Part shown: piece after piece, positions 16,725-26,138 of the stretch
How positions within the stretch are numbered: position 1 is the stretch's first letter
Layout: each line of letters opens with the position of its first letter
Assembly (NCBI RefSeq): GCF_000341895.1
Contig: NC_020409.1
Location: 2,880,001 to 2,912,000, forward strand
Reading direction: 5' to 3'
DNA length: 32,000 bases
Source of the DNA: Pseudodesulfovibrio piezophilus C1TLV30
GTDB taxonomy: Bacteria; Desulfobacterota; Desulfovibrionia; Desulfovibrionales; Desulfovibrionaceae
Notes under the pieces: generated by a model
Database searches by the model: none
What the model was told of the DNA's origin: nothing
Seen by the model: the letters and a program-made list of their open reading frames with translations, nothing else
Program-made: the position numbers and the translations under genes

Positions 16725-19028
16725 TCAGGATTCTTTTTTCATCAAGTGCTCTGCAAGGGCCGGGGCAGTCTTGAAATGAATATCCATCTGTGGGAAGGCA
16801 ATTTCAATATCGGCTTCCCGGAATGCCGCGTCAATGGCGAAACGCAGTTCGGATGTCGCTTTGACTGTGTTGTCAATGTCGTCAATCCATATCCTGAGAA
16901 TAAAGTCGAGGCTGCTGGCACCAAAATCATTGAACAGAACCTGGGCTGCGGGGGTTTTCAGGACATGCGGGTGTTCCTGGGCAAGAGCCAACAGGGTTTG
17001 TTCTACCTTTCTTGTCTCTGATCCGTAGGCCACACCCACGAGGATATCCCGTCTCAGTGTCGGGTTATTCTTGGTCCAGTTGGTCACCTGTGTGGTCACG
17101 AGATCCGAGTTGGGTATCATGATGACGGCATTTTCGAATGTCTCCACCAGGGTTGTGCGGATATTGATTTTTTTGACCGTGCACCAAACCTGCCCCATCT
17201 CAATCACATCTCCTTGCTGGATGGATCTGCCGAAAAGCAGGATCAGGCCGCTGATGAAGTTGTTGACAACATTTTGCAAGCCGAAACCGATACCGACACT
17301 GAGACCTCCGGCGATGACAGTGATGCTGGTCAGGCTGACTCCGAGGATGCGCAGGGCTGCCAGAGTGAAAAGAGACCAGACAGCGTAGGAAAAAAGTGTC
17401 TGGATTGATGGGACAGCCCCGCGTTTGGCCCTGGGCCATCGGTTGCCGACGTGTTCGAGAGAGACCTTGAAAGTGGAAATGCAGCTTTTTGTCAGGAAAA
17501 AGAGAATTGCGAGGGCGATGACATCTTTGAGATAGAGGGACTGGCCCCCAAAGGTTGCCTTCATTTCTAGCACTGTTGCTATGGTCTTTTCACCAAAGAA
17601 ATCGACAAGCCAGAGAAATGTCATGACAAAAGCGACAGCCCAGCCAAAAGGGACCAGCAGACTCCGAACCAATCCCTTTTGGAATTTCGCACTCCTTTCA
17701 GTTTCCAGGGACAGACATTGTGCCCAGACATTCCCGAGCGCCCGAATGAAAACTCCCAGGCACCAGAGGAGTGTCAAGAGACAGGCCAAGCGGCCATAGC
17801 CGAAGAGGGTGATGGCAAACAAAGGAGCCAGTGCCCCGCCGCGCATGGCCGTGACCGTGAGTTTCTGTCCTTTTTTTCTCCATGCATGAAAAGAATCGTT
17901 CGCCCACAAGATAAGGACAATGAGCATGAACGTCACTGTCGTGGTCCGGCTTGGCATATAGAGTATGAGTAACTGCGTGGAGACCACGAAGAGAAAGGCC
18001 AACCGAGTGTGCCCGTAGGTGGCAAGATACCTGTCGGCACAGATGTGTTTCGCAAGCTTGAGAATACTGAGCAGGAAAAGTCCGGCAGCAAGGGCGGCCA
18101 GTGAATCCATGCCATTGGGAAAGGTGAAGCGGATGGCGAGAAAGAGTGAAAGGCCCACGACCGCTGTCAGAAAGTACAGATTGATTCGGCCGTGATTTTT
18201 GTTTCTGAGCGCCGGGCTGGGCAGCAACTTGAGGAGACGTTTGGACGAAAGACCCACGGCCGCAAGCGTTATCAGGATGAAGATAAATTTGATCCCCCCG
18301 TCATGGAGTGAGATAAGGGCTGATTCAAATTCTGTTTGCTTCAGTATCAACCAGTTCTTGCCGAGAGCGGGACTTTGCCAGAAATCAAGACTGAAGACGG
18401 GCATCTTGCCCACAAGAAGATATTGTATCCATATGTCGTATAGTGTTTGAGTGTCTTCCTTGGGGGATTCCAGTTTTCCGTTCAATCGTTTTATCTGACG
18501 GAGCAATGAATTCATTTTGGCCAGGTGTGTCTCGGTCTGTTTTTCCAGCCGGGAGACCCTCTGTCTCATGTTTTGTGCGGAGTGGCGGAGCATGGCCCTG
18601 GAATCCTGCGGCAGGGTCGATGTCATCTGCCCATAGGACTGCAAAAATTCCAGTCGGGCGTTTCCTGCTCGTGCAGCTTCATGCAGCGTGGCAGTCAGTT
18701 GATCGCACTGGTCGAGGATGTGACGAATTGAGGCCTCATAGTGTTTGCGATCAATGGGTGAGGTGCTTGAGGTGTTTTTGGCAATACCCGCTTTCTGGTA
18801 ACTTTCCAGAAGTCCTCCGAGTTGGGTCTCGATTGTCATGAGAAGGGATGCTGTCCTTTCGGCTGCATTTTCCTCTTCTGATAGAAGCAGGGAAAAAGAT
18901 TCGATCTGATAGCGAAATATTTCCTGGCTTGAATTTTCTGCCCCATATGCACGATTCAGGGGACTCAGCCCCAGAGTGAGAAAGCAGAGGAGTGTTGCTA
19001 GAATGGGCAAGACTTGGCGAGATCTCAT
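16725..19028 (-). CDS. Large MscK/MscM-like mechanosensitive channel
   Basis: 767-aa ORF with a signal-like N-terminus, a ~200-aa helical/coiled-coil region, and about ten TM helices. The C-terminal MscS core is GLQNVVNNFISGLILLFGRSIQQGDVIEMGQVWCTVKKINIRTTLVETFENAVIMIPNSDL. Confidence 0.85.
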   Translation of the reverse strand: MRSRQVLPILATLLCFLTLGLSPLNRAYGAENSSQEIFRYQIESFSLLLSEEENAAERTASLLMTIETQLGGLLESYQKAGIAKNTSSTSPIDRKHYEASIRHILDQCDQLTATLHEAARAGNARLEFLQSYGQMTSTLPQDSRAMLRHSAQNMRQRVSRLEKQTETHLAKMNSLLRQIKRLNGKLESPKEDTQTLYDIWIQYLLVGKMPVFSLDFWQSPALGKNWLILKQTEFESALISLHDGGIKFIFILITLAAVGLSSKRLLKLLPSPALRNKNHGRINLYFLTAVVGLSLFLAIRFTFPNGMDSLAALAAGLFLLSILKLAKHICADRYLATYGHTRLAFLFVVSTQLLILYMPSRTTTVTFMLIVLILWANDSFHAWRKKGQKLTVTAMRGGALAPLFAITLFGYGRLACLLTLLWCLGVFIRALGNVWAQCLSLETERSAKFQKGLVRSLLVPFGWAVAFVMTFLWLVDFFGEKTIATVLEMKATFGGQSLYLKDVIALAILFFLTKSCISTFKVSLEHVGNRWPRAKRGAVPSIQTLFSYAVWSLFTLAALRILGVSLTSITVIAGGLSVGIGFGLQNVVNNFISGLILLFGRSIQQGDVIEMGQVWCTVKKINIRTTLVETFENAVIMIPNSDLVTTQVTNWTKNNPTLRRDILVGVAYGSETRKVEQTLLALAQEHPHVLKTPAAQVLFNDFGASSLDFILRIWIDDIDNTVKATSELRFAIDAAFREADIEIAFPQMDIHFKTAPALAEHLMKKES

Positions 19029-19350
19029 TGTACTCCTACCGTCAATGGCTTGATTCTGTGGATCCGGTTTTCTTCATACAGAGATATGTCCAGCACTCAT
19101 GAGTGGCGTGTCAAGGCTGTTTCTTGACATGAAGAAGGGAAAAAGCGTTATAGTTTGTAAGACTCACTACGCTCATGACAAGAGAGTGAGCAATAAAAAA
19201 GAAACAAATCTGCCACAACACCAAACAAAGGGCGTCGGTCTTTGAGTTTGCAGGAGGAGCAGGTATGGAGACTCTTTTTCTCACATGGGTTGCTCGGGTT
19301 TTCCCCTCGGCAGGAGGTTCGTTCCTGTTCTTTCGGTCCGGAGTCTTGTC

Positions 19351-21504
19351 ATGAAAATACGTGTGCCGCTCTACGTGAATATCCTGACTGTCTTTGCTCT
19401 TTTGATTTCAGCTGTGGTAGCGATTGTTGTTTCCTATGGATATTTGAGGAATGCCGATACCGCAATCCTTTCAGCTGAGCTTCTTCTTCAAAGGAGCGGT
19501 TCGTCCATCGTCGAGAGAACCCAAAAGATGTTTGACACCGCCTTTACCACTGTGGATACCTATGTCAGTTTTCGCGATATAGGGGTTAAGGCATCCATTC
19601 ATTCCCATCCCATGAGTCCTGTCTTTTTCAAGTTTTTGAGTCAACACCCCGATTTTACATCTGTTTATATCGGTTTTGATGACGGAGATTTTTTTCTTGT
19701 CTCTTCATTGGCAGAACGGGATGAACTCAAGGCACAGTTGCACCTCCCACAGACTGCTTTATGGTATACCCAAACCATTGGGCATATGGCAGACGGTCGA
19801 CGGTATGAAATACGAAAATTTCTCGATGCCGGATTTGTTCCCGTTGGTTCCGACTGCATCCCTGATATTGCATATGATCCGAGGGGACGGCCTTGGTTCA
19901 AAGCAGCTCTTGAGAACGATATCCCCACGCTGAGTGATATTTATGTCTTTTTTTTGTCAGGAGAGCCGGGAATCACGGTTTCTCATCGGTTCGATAGTGT
20001 CGTATCCGGTGTTGTTGGCGTGGATCTTTCTCTCTCCAATCTCTCCTGTTTCGTGAAGCGGCAGAAGGTCAGCCCATCCAGTGATATCATGATTTTCGAT
20101 ACGGAAGGCAGGATTTATGCTTACCCTGATACCGACAGGCTGGTTTCCAGTATTCAGCTGGAACCTCACCCCGGCATGGGGTCAGAAGTGGACTGCCTTG
20201 AATCTCCTGTTCTGACCGCTCTTCTCGAAGATTTTCAGTCAGTTGGGAGCAAGACACTCTACAGCCATGAATTGATTGTGGATGGGACTGCCTATCTCGC
20301 ACATATTGATCCTTTGCCAACGGAATATGGCAAAGAGCTTTTTGTCGGAGTGGTGGTCCCAAAACATTTTTTTACAGGGCCGATTGCCGTTATCGGTGAA
20401 CAGACGCTTTTTGTCTCACTTATCATTCTGCTTTTGTTCATCCCCGTGGTCTATTATGCGGCCAAGCGTATCAGTTATCCACTCAAGGGGTTGATTGAAT
20501 CGGCTGAAAATATCAAGGCATTCAGGCTCGATATTCCCGTAAATGTGGACTCTCATATTATCGAAATCAGGAATCTGAGCAGGGCCATGGAGACTATGCG
20601 CGGTGCTCTGAAAGCCTTTGGAAGCTACATACCAACTCCTCTTGTGGAGGCGATGGTCGTCAATGACATCCAACCTGTTCTTGGCGGAAGCAGAAAAATA
20701 ATGACATTCTTTTTCAGTGATATACAGGATTTTACGGCTATCTCAGAGACCCTGAGTCCCGAGTTGGTGACTGAAAGTATTACCCGCTATCTGAAGGTTA
20801 TGAGCCAGGTTATACTGGAAAATGGGGGGACTGTGGATAAATACATCGGCGATTCGATCATGGCATTTTGGAATGCTCCGGTCGAAGATGCGGATCACGC
20901 ATGGCATGCCTGTCTTTCCGCACTGCAATGCCGCGATGTGCTCACGGCATTTAATGCTGATTGTCGAGAGCGTGGCGCGCCGGAATTTTTGACCAGAATG
21001 GGAGTGCATACAGGAGATGCCGTTGTGGGAAATATCGGCTCCTCGGACCGGATGGAATATACTGCCATGGGAGCTGCCGTGAATCTTGCCTCCCGCTTGG
21101 AAGGACTGAATAAGTATCTGGGGACCGGTATCCTGGTCAGTGAACCGACCAGGATCATAGCCGGAGATGACTTCTGCTTCCGGTTTGCAGGAAAAGCTTC
21201 TCCCAAAGGGACCAGTGTCGGTCTTGGGGTCTTTGAACTGCTTGGCACCAGGAGTGGCTCACAAGGGGTTTATGAACCGTTTGCTGTTTCACCGGAGGTT
21301 GAAGCGCGTCTTGAAGAATGGGAAAATGGTGTGCGTGTCTTTTTCATGCGAGAGTTCGAGAAGGCTTCAATCCTGTTTTCCAAATATCTTGCGGAACATG
21401 GAGCTGATCCACTTGTGGAGCATTATTTGAATCTTGCTCGGGAGTATTCGGACTGGCCACCCTCGGAGGATTGGAATGGTGAGCAGAAGTTTTCTAATAA
21501 ATAA
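19351..21504 (+). CDS. Class III adenylate/guanylate cyclase with an extracytoplasmic Cache-like sensor and a HAMP domain
   Basis: The ORF track starts at 19285, but ATG 19351 (MKIRVPLYVNILTVFALLI, GGAG 8 nt upstream) begins at TM1. A ~300-aa periplasmic region precedes a second TM and a HAMP segment. Cyclase motifs are FFFSDIQDFT, KYIGDSIMAFWNAP, GVHTGDAVVGNIGS and YTAMGAAVNLASRLE. Confidence 0.88.
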   Translation: MKIRVPLYVNILTVFALLISAVVAIVVSYGYLRNADTAILSAELLLQRSGSSIVERTQKMFDTAFTTVDTYVSFRDIGVKASIHSHPMSPVFFKFLSQHPDFTSVYIGFDDGDFFLVSSLAERDELKAQLHLPQTALWYTQTIGHMADGRRYEIRKFLDAGFVPVGSDCIPDIAYDPRGRPWFKAALENDIPTLSDIYVFFLSGEPGITVSHRFDSVVSGVVGVDLSLSNLSCFVKRQKVSPSSDIMIFDTEGRIYAYPDTDRLVSSIQLEPHPGMGSEVDCLESPVLTALLEDFQSVGSKTLYSHELIVDGTAYLAHIDPLPTEYGKELFVGVVVPKHFFTGPIAVIGEQTLFVSLIILLLFIPVVYYAAKRISYPLKGLIESAENIKAFRLDIPVNVDSHIIEIRNLSRAMETMRGALKAFGSYIPTPLVEAMVVNDIQPVLGGSRKIMTFFFSDIQDFTAISETLSPELVTESITRYLKVMSQVILENGGTVDKYIGDSIMAFWNAPVEDADHAWHACLSALQCRDVLTAFNADCRERGAPEFLTRMGVHTGDAVVGNIGSSDRMEYTAMGAAVNLASRLEGLNKYLGTGILVSEPTRIIAGDDFCFRFAGKASPKGTSVGLGVFELLGTRSGSQGVYEPFAVSPEVEARLEEWENGVRVFFMREFEKASILFSKYLAEHGADPLVEHYLNLAREYSDWPPSEDWNGEQKFSNK

Positions 21505-22888
21505 GGGGTGGCATATTGCATGGTTGCGCCCTTTTTTTGTCGGAATAGTTTTGACCATGACTCTGAGTATGGTCTTTCCTTCAATTGGAGCGGCGACGAA
21601 TCTTGTTTTTTGGACGACAGAGGTCAGCCCTGAACGGAAGGTCGTTGTTGATTATCTCACAAACGTGTTCACCCTGTTTCACCCCGATATTTCAATTGAA
21701 GTCCGGGGTGAGGATGAAAATACTATTGCGCAGGCGTTGGCCCGGGCGCTGAAAACAGGCCGAGGTCCGGATATTATCAGTTGCGCCTCTGATCTTGTCG
21801 TCTCGTTCGATACCATGGGGTGGATAGATGAGGCTCTTTCCAAGACCCTTCTGGAGGAATTGGGAAAGGACCGTTTCTACTCCGGCGCACTGGCCAAGAT
21901 TACGAAAAAAAATGGGATATACTGCGGTATTCCTTTCAATGGGTGGGTTCAGGGAATTTGGTACAGGAAGGATTGGTTTGAAGATTTCAGGTTGGAACCG
22001 CCTGATACATGGTCCCGTATCCTGGAAGCTGCCAAAACCCTGCATGCCCCGGAGAAAGGCAGGTACGGGATTCTCGTCGGGACGCGTGAAGATGCCTATG
22101 CCGAGCAGGTTTTTACTCACCTGGCGCTGTCTGCCGGAGTGCGAGAGTTTTCATCCGAAGGAACGGTGCTTTTCAATTCCCCTGCGACGGTTGAAACTGT
22201 GAAATTGTATGCGGAATTGGCCCGGTATACTCCGTCTGGGCCGCAGTCTTGGCGTGCACGGGATTTTTATCTTCAAGGAAAACTGGGCATGATTTTCTAT
22301 TCGACGTTCATAATGGATGATTTGGCGGTTCCGTCTGTTGCTGCGGATTCTCTGACCGGTGATCATTTTGAGGAGCTTGATGGGGGCGAGTATGATTATC
22401 GACTCTTCAGAAATACGGGTATGGTCTCAACCCTTACCGGGACACAGCCTGCCAGCTACGGGGTGCTGCATGCTCTCGGGATCATGCGTCATTCCGACAA
22501 GGACAAGGATATGGCCTTGAAAGAATTCATTCATTTCCTTTTCACCGAAGAGGCATACGTCACCTGGTTGCATATGGTGCCGGGTGGGATGCTGCCTGTC
22601 CTGAAAGAGATTGCCGATGCCCCGGCATTCTATCGGGATGCTCAAGGTGTTTTTCAACGATATTCCCGACGCCGAGTGAATGAGATTGTCACGGGATTTG
22701 AGACGCTGCAAAGTTTCAGTTTCATTGACGGGGTTCTTCAGCCCCAAGCTTCGGATGTTTCTGCCCACAAAGTCATTCCGAGGATGTTGGGCAAGGTGCT
22801 CGATAAGGGGATTTCACCACGCCAAGCCGTTTCAGAAGCGGCTGCCGAGATGCGGGATATTGCTGGCGGGGAAGATGATATCCTGTGA
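21476..22888 (+). CDS. Extracellular solute-binding protein (ABC-type, family 1-like) with no adjacent permease or ATPase
   Basis: The ORF opens at TTG 21434. ATG 21476 is 5 nt after GGAGGA and yields a signal peptide (MVSRSFLINKGWHIAWLRPFFVGIVLTMTLSMVFPSIGAA). Overall length and composition fit a sugar/polyamine-type SBP. It overlaps the cyclase 3' end by 29 nt. Confidence 0.7.
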   Translation: MVSRSFLINKGWHIAWLRPFFVGIVLTMTLSMVFPSIGAATNLVFWTTEVSPERKVVVDYLTNVFTLFHPDISIEVRGEDENTIAQALARALKTGRGPDIISCASDLVVSFDTMGWIDEALSKTLLEELGKDRFYSGALAKITKKNGIYCGIPFNGWVQGIWYRKDWFEDFRLEPPDTWSRILEAAKTLHAPEKGRYGILVGTREDAYAEQVFTHLALSAGVREFSSEGTVLFNSPATVETVKLYAELARYTPSGPQSWRARDFYLQGKLGMIFYSTFIMDDLAVPSVAADSLTGDHFEELDGGEYDYRLFRNTGMVSTLTGTQPASYGVLHALGIMRHSDKDKDMALKEFIHFLFTEEAYVTWLHMVPGGMLPVLKEIADAPAFYRDAQGVFQRYSRRRVNEIVTGFETLQSFSFIDGVLQPQASDVSAHKVIPRMLGKVLDKGISPRQAVSEAAAEMRDIAGGEDDIL

Positions 22889-22934
22889 TGCGAGAGTGGA
22901 TTTATCGGTGGTGTTGGGTCGTGCCCTTCGAAGG

Positions 22935-22977
22935 TTCCGATGCAGGGACATCGCTTACTGATCTCCCTGCATCGGAA
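22935..22977 (+). terminator. Strong hairpin between convergent genes (probable terminator)
   Basis: 14-bp perfect stem ttccgatgcaggga (22935-22948) / tcccTgcatcggaa (22964-22977) with a 15-nt loop. There is only a weak T-rich tail on the + strand. Confidence 0.5.
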
Positions 22978-22991
22978 TTCTGTGTCATTGG

Positions 22992-24599
22992 TCAGCTTTC
23001 GTCTTTCTCATCGAGGCACTCCAACTCGGGAAAAGCATAGACACCGTCTTCATTCAAAGAGAAGAAGGCTGTGGCTTGGGACAACTCGTTTGCCTTTTCC
23101 GAGAGAGCGTGTGTTGTTCCCGCTATTTCTTCGGCTGCGGAAGCATTCTGGTGGATAACACTTCCCAGCCCTTGCAGAGCGTCGTTGACCATGGTTGCAC
23201 TGGCATTTTGTTCGGCACTGTCTGCGGCTATTTCCTTGACGAGTTCCGCAGTGTGCTTGATATCCGGCACCAGCCTGGTCAACTGGTCTCCGGCCCTGTC
23301 AGCCACTTCCACACTGGCATTCGATATATTGATTATCTCAAGGGCTGCATTGCCGCTGCGCTCAGCCAATTTGCGGACTTCTGATGCCACGACGGCAAAT
23401 CCCTTGCCGTGTTCTCCTGCGCGAGCGGCTTCGATGGCCGCATTCAGGGCCAGGAGATTGGTTTGGCGAGCAATTTCTTCGATTATCTGAATTTTGTTGG
23501 CTATTTCCTTGAGCGCCCCCAATCCTTCCTTCAAGGCTTTGCCACTTTCTTCCGCATTGGACGCAGCTTTTTGAGCTATCCCTTCAGTTTTGTGTGAGTT
23601 CTCTGCGTTACGTTTGATGCTGTGGGCTATCTCATCCATGCTGGACGCGACCTGTTCGACGTTGGCGGCTTGGCTTGCCGCTCCCTTGGCCACATTGTCC
23701 GCAGCCTCGGAAAGTTCCCGGCTGCTGATTTTGACAGAGTCCGTGGCAGAGGTGACGGTTCCTATGACATTGGTGAGGCTTCTGAGCATGGAGTTGAGGG
23801 AAAAGCCGACTTTTCCTATTTCGTCATGAGATGGGTTCTGCACGCCATTTTTGAAATCCCCTTTTGACATGGCCTTGGTCACTGTCGTGATTTCAAGCAG
23901 GGGCCGGATGACTGTGGAACGCATGATCCACGTCACAAGCGTTGCTATGATCCCCAATATGAGCAGGGTCCAGAGGGAAAAGGAGATGGCCGCAACCTTT
24001 GTATCCCGATTCGCTCCTTCCAGAGAACTTATTATTTCGAATGCTCCATGGATTTCACCGACTTTCCATCCCTCTTTGATCCCCCCTGTGACATCTTTCT
24101 CTCCCGGTGGGTTGCCGTGACAGAACAGGCACTCCTTAGTCAAGCGTATCGCCTTGAAGTATCGTATCTTATCGCTTTCAAAAATTGTGATTTCGTCTTG
24201 GCCAGTCGCTTTCATTTCAGCCAGGACTTTTCCCTCCAATTCAGTGGGAGTGTTTTCCTTATTGCGAGGAGAAACTTTGGGGGCACGAAATTTATATCCT
24301 GCTTCATCGGCATTCTCCATGGCCATACGGATGGCAACGATGACCGGAACCGCATCCATGATTCTCTCTTTGGGGATTTCCTCAAAAGGTCGAATAACAC
24401 CTGAGTCGAGTTTGGCGCTCATTTCATTCCGCGCGGCCTCGGCCATAAGGACAATAGCCTGGCTCTGTTTCAGGACGGTTTCCTCGGATTTTTCCTGAAT
24501 GGTGAAGATTTGTTGAGCTCCCATTATCAGTGCGATGACCACCGGGCCACCCAATGCTGTAAGAATAGTCTTCAACCTGACACTTGTGTTGCCGAGCAT
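22992..24599 (-). CDS. Methyl-accepting chemotaxis protein with a periplasmic c-type heme-binding sensor domain (DUF3365/Tll0287-like)
   Basis: 535-aa ORF. TM1 spans residues ~14-32 and TM2 is [25 protein letters not shown] (CXXCH) is encoded at 24117-24131, between the two TMs, in the context [19 protein letters not shown] ... [13 protein letters not shown] follows, then the conserved MCP signalling hairpin [41 protein letters not shown]. Confidence 0.88.
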   Translation of the reverse strand: MLGNTSVRLKTILTALGGPVVIALIMGAQQIFTIQEKSEETVLKQSQAIVLMAEAARNEMSAKLDSGVIRPFEEIPKERIMDAVPVIVAIRMAMENADEAGYKFRAPKVSPRNKENTPTELEGKVLAEMKATGQDEITIFESDKIRYFKAIRLTKECLFCHGNPPGEKDVTGGIKEGWKVGEIHGAFEIISSLEGANRDTKVAAISFSLWTLLILGIIATLVTWIMRSTVIRPLLEITTVTKAMSKGDFKNGVQNPSHDEIGKVGFSLNSMLRSLTNVIGTVTSATDSVKISSRELSEAADNVAKGAASQAANVEQVASSMDEIAHSIKRNAENSHKTEGIAQKAASNAEESGKALKEGLGALKEIANKIQIIEEIARQTNLLALNAAIEAARAGEHGKGFAVVASEVRKLAERSGNAALEIINISNASVEVADRAGDQLTRLVPDIKHTAELVKEIAADSAEQNASATMVNDALQGLGSVIHQNASAAEEIAGTTHALSEKANELSQATAFFSLNEDGVYAFPELECLDEKDES

Positions 24600-24902
24600 A
24601 ATACAGTCCTTGGCTTGAAATTGCGATTTATCTCATCGTAAGAACAGTCTTGAGTATCTCAATATGCCCTAGTCCCCACGTATTTGGGTATTATTTTCGG
24701 TAAGTCATGGTGGAATGAATCGCTCAGGTCTGAAATAAGGATGAGAGGGAATGGGTTTCAGTCCCTGAAGAAGACTGATACCTTCTGTTTGAGGAAACTG
24801 GTTCATTGGGTGAATCTTGTGAGTTGGGAGCATGTGCCCCGCGTCTCTGAATGAGACGTTGTTTTTTGCATGGGGCGGAGTCTTTGGGGGAGGGGTTGAA
24901 CG

Positions 24903-26135
24903 TTGAAAGGTGGTGTCAGCGTGTGGCGACGAGATTGTGTTACGGGACAAATCGATTTTACCGCTTTGTGTCTTTTCGGTGTTGCTTTGCAGCGATTGCT
25001 GTGTGGCTTCCTTTTTTGTTTTTTTCTGATTCATGTATCTCCCTCCCTGGCGGGAGATGCAGATATCTGGTCCATGCAGGTGAAAAGTTATTATGGAGAA
25101 TATGACGCGGGTCAAAAAAGCAAGGGGTATGCTTCAGCGAGTCTGGCACGCCCCCGGCTTGAAGAATGGATGCCCCCGCCGACCATGGCTCCCGGCAAAG
25201 AAAGAAATTATACGATCGGTGTCAGTTTTCCCCATTACGGCTATTCCCTTTGGAAGGCGGTTAACTATGGTATTCTCGAGGAAGCCAAACGGCTCGGTAT
25301 TGCTGTTCGGGTGATGGAAGCCGGGGGATACGGTATGATCGACAGGCAACAGGAACAGCTGCGGCAGTTGGCTCAGGCCGGAGTAGACGGTATCCTGCTT
25401 GGCTCGGTCAGTTATTCGGGCAACAATGATGCTATTGCCGAGTTAAAAAAACAGGGAATTCCCGTTGTCGGTGTGGTGAATGATGTCTCGGCCCCGGATC
25501 TTGCCGCCAAGGCATTGGTTTCCTTTCTGGATATGGGATATTATGCAGGTGAATTCATCGCGCTTGATGCGGAAAGACGGGGGTTGCGCGAAGTCAGGGT
25601 GGCGGCCTTTCCCGGACCGAAAAAATCCGGATGGTCGGCAGACAGTCTTCATGGTCTTCTTGAAGCTCTTCAGGAATTTCCCGGTCCTGTCAGAGTCGTG
25701 GAAACGAGCTGGGGGAGTCTTGACTCCTCGAAACAGCGCGATCTTGTGCGGCGGAGCCTGATGGAGCACCCAGACGTTGATTATGTGGTTGGCAATGCCG
25801 TGGCCGCGGATGTTGCCTATGACATTCTGTTGGGGATCGGCATGGCAAAGAGAACAACGATTGTTTCAACCTATATTATGCCTGGGCTGTACGAGAAAAT
25901 CCGGGAAGGGCAGGTTGCTGCCGCACCTTCCGGGTTGATGATTTTTCAGGGGCGCATGGCAGTGGATATGCTGATCCGTTTGCTCGACGGCGACAAGGCA
26001 GGAAAGGATTTTCCCTTTCGATCGGGACCGTTCATCCCTTTGATCACGACAGATAATATTGATCGTTTTCCCTATGAAGCCTTGTTCGGGCCTCGAGATT
26101 ATAAACCGATCCTCAGATTGGATAGTGGGCGTTGA
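24903..26135 (+). CDS. Periplasmic binding protein, type 1 (sugar-binding / TorT-LuxP-like). Start is uncertain.
   Basis: TTG 24903 sits 7 nt after GGAGGGG. A hydrophobic signal-like segment ends in SPSLAGD. The PBP1 pattern is YTIGVSFPHYGYSLWKAVNYGILEEAKRLGIAV ... GVDGILLGSV ... GIPVVGVVNDV. Confidence 0.75.
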   Translation: MKGGVSVWRRDCVTGQIDFTALCLFGVALQRLLCGFLFCFFLIHVSPSLAGDADIWSMQVKSYYGEYDAGQKSKGYASASLARPRLEEWMPPPTMAPGKERNYTIGVSFPHYGYSLWKAVNYGILEEAKRLGIAVRVMEAGGYGMIDRQQEQLRQLAQAGVDGILLGSVSYSGNNDAIAELKKQGIPVVGVVNDVSAPDLAAKALVSFLDMGYYAGEFIALDAERRGLREVRVAAFPGPKKSGWSADSLHGLLEALQEFPGPVRVVETSWGSLDSSKQRDLVRRSLMEHPDVDYVVGNAVAADVAYDILLGIGMAKRTTIVSTYIMPGLYEKIREGQVAAAPSGLMIFQGRMAVDMLIRLLDGDKAGKDFPFRSGPFIPLITTDNIDRFPYEALFGPRDYKPILRLDSGR

Positions 26136-26138
26136 GGC

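Noticed and set aside
24610-24626. Sigma-54-like TGGCTTGAAATTGC near the MCP start
   Set aside because: The GG-to-GC spacing is 9 nt rather than the required 10, and the -24 element is imperfect.
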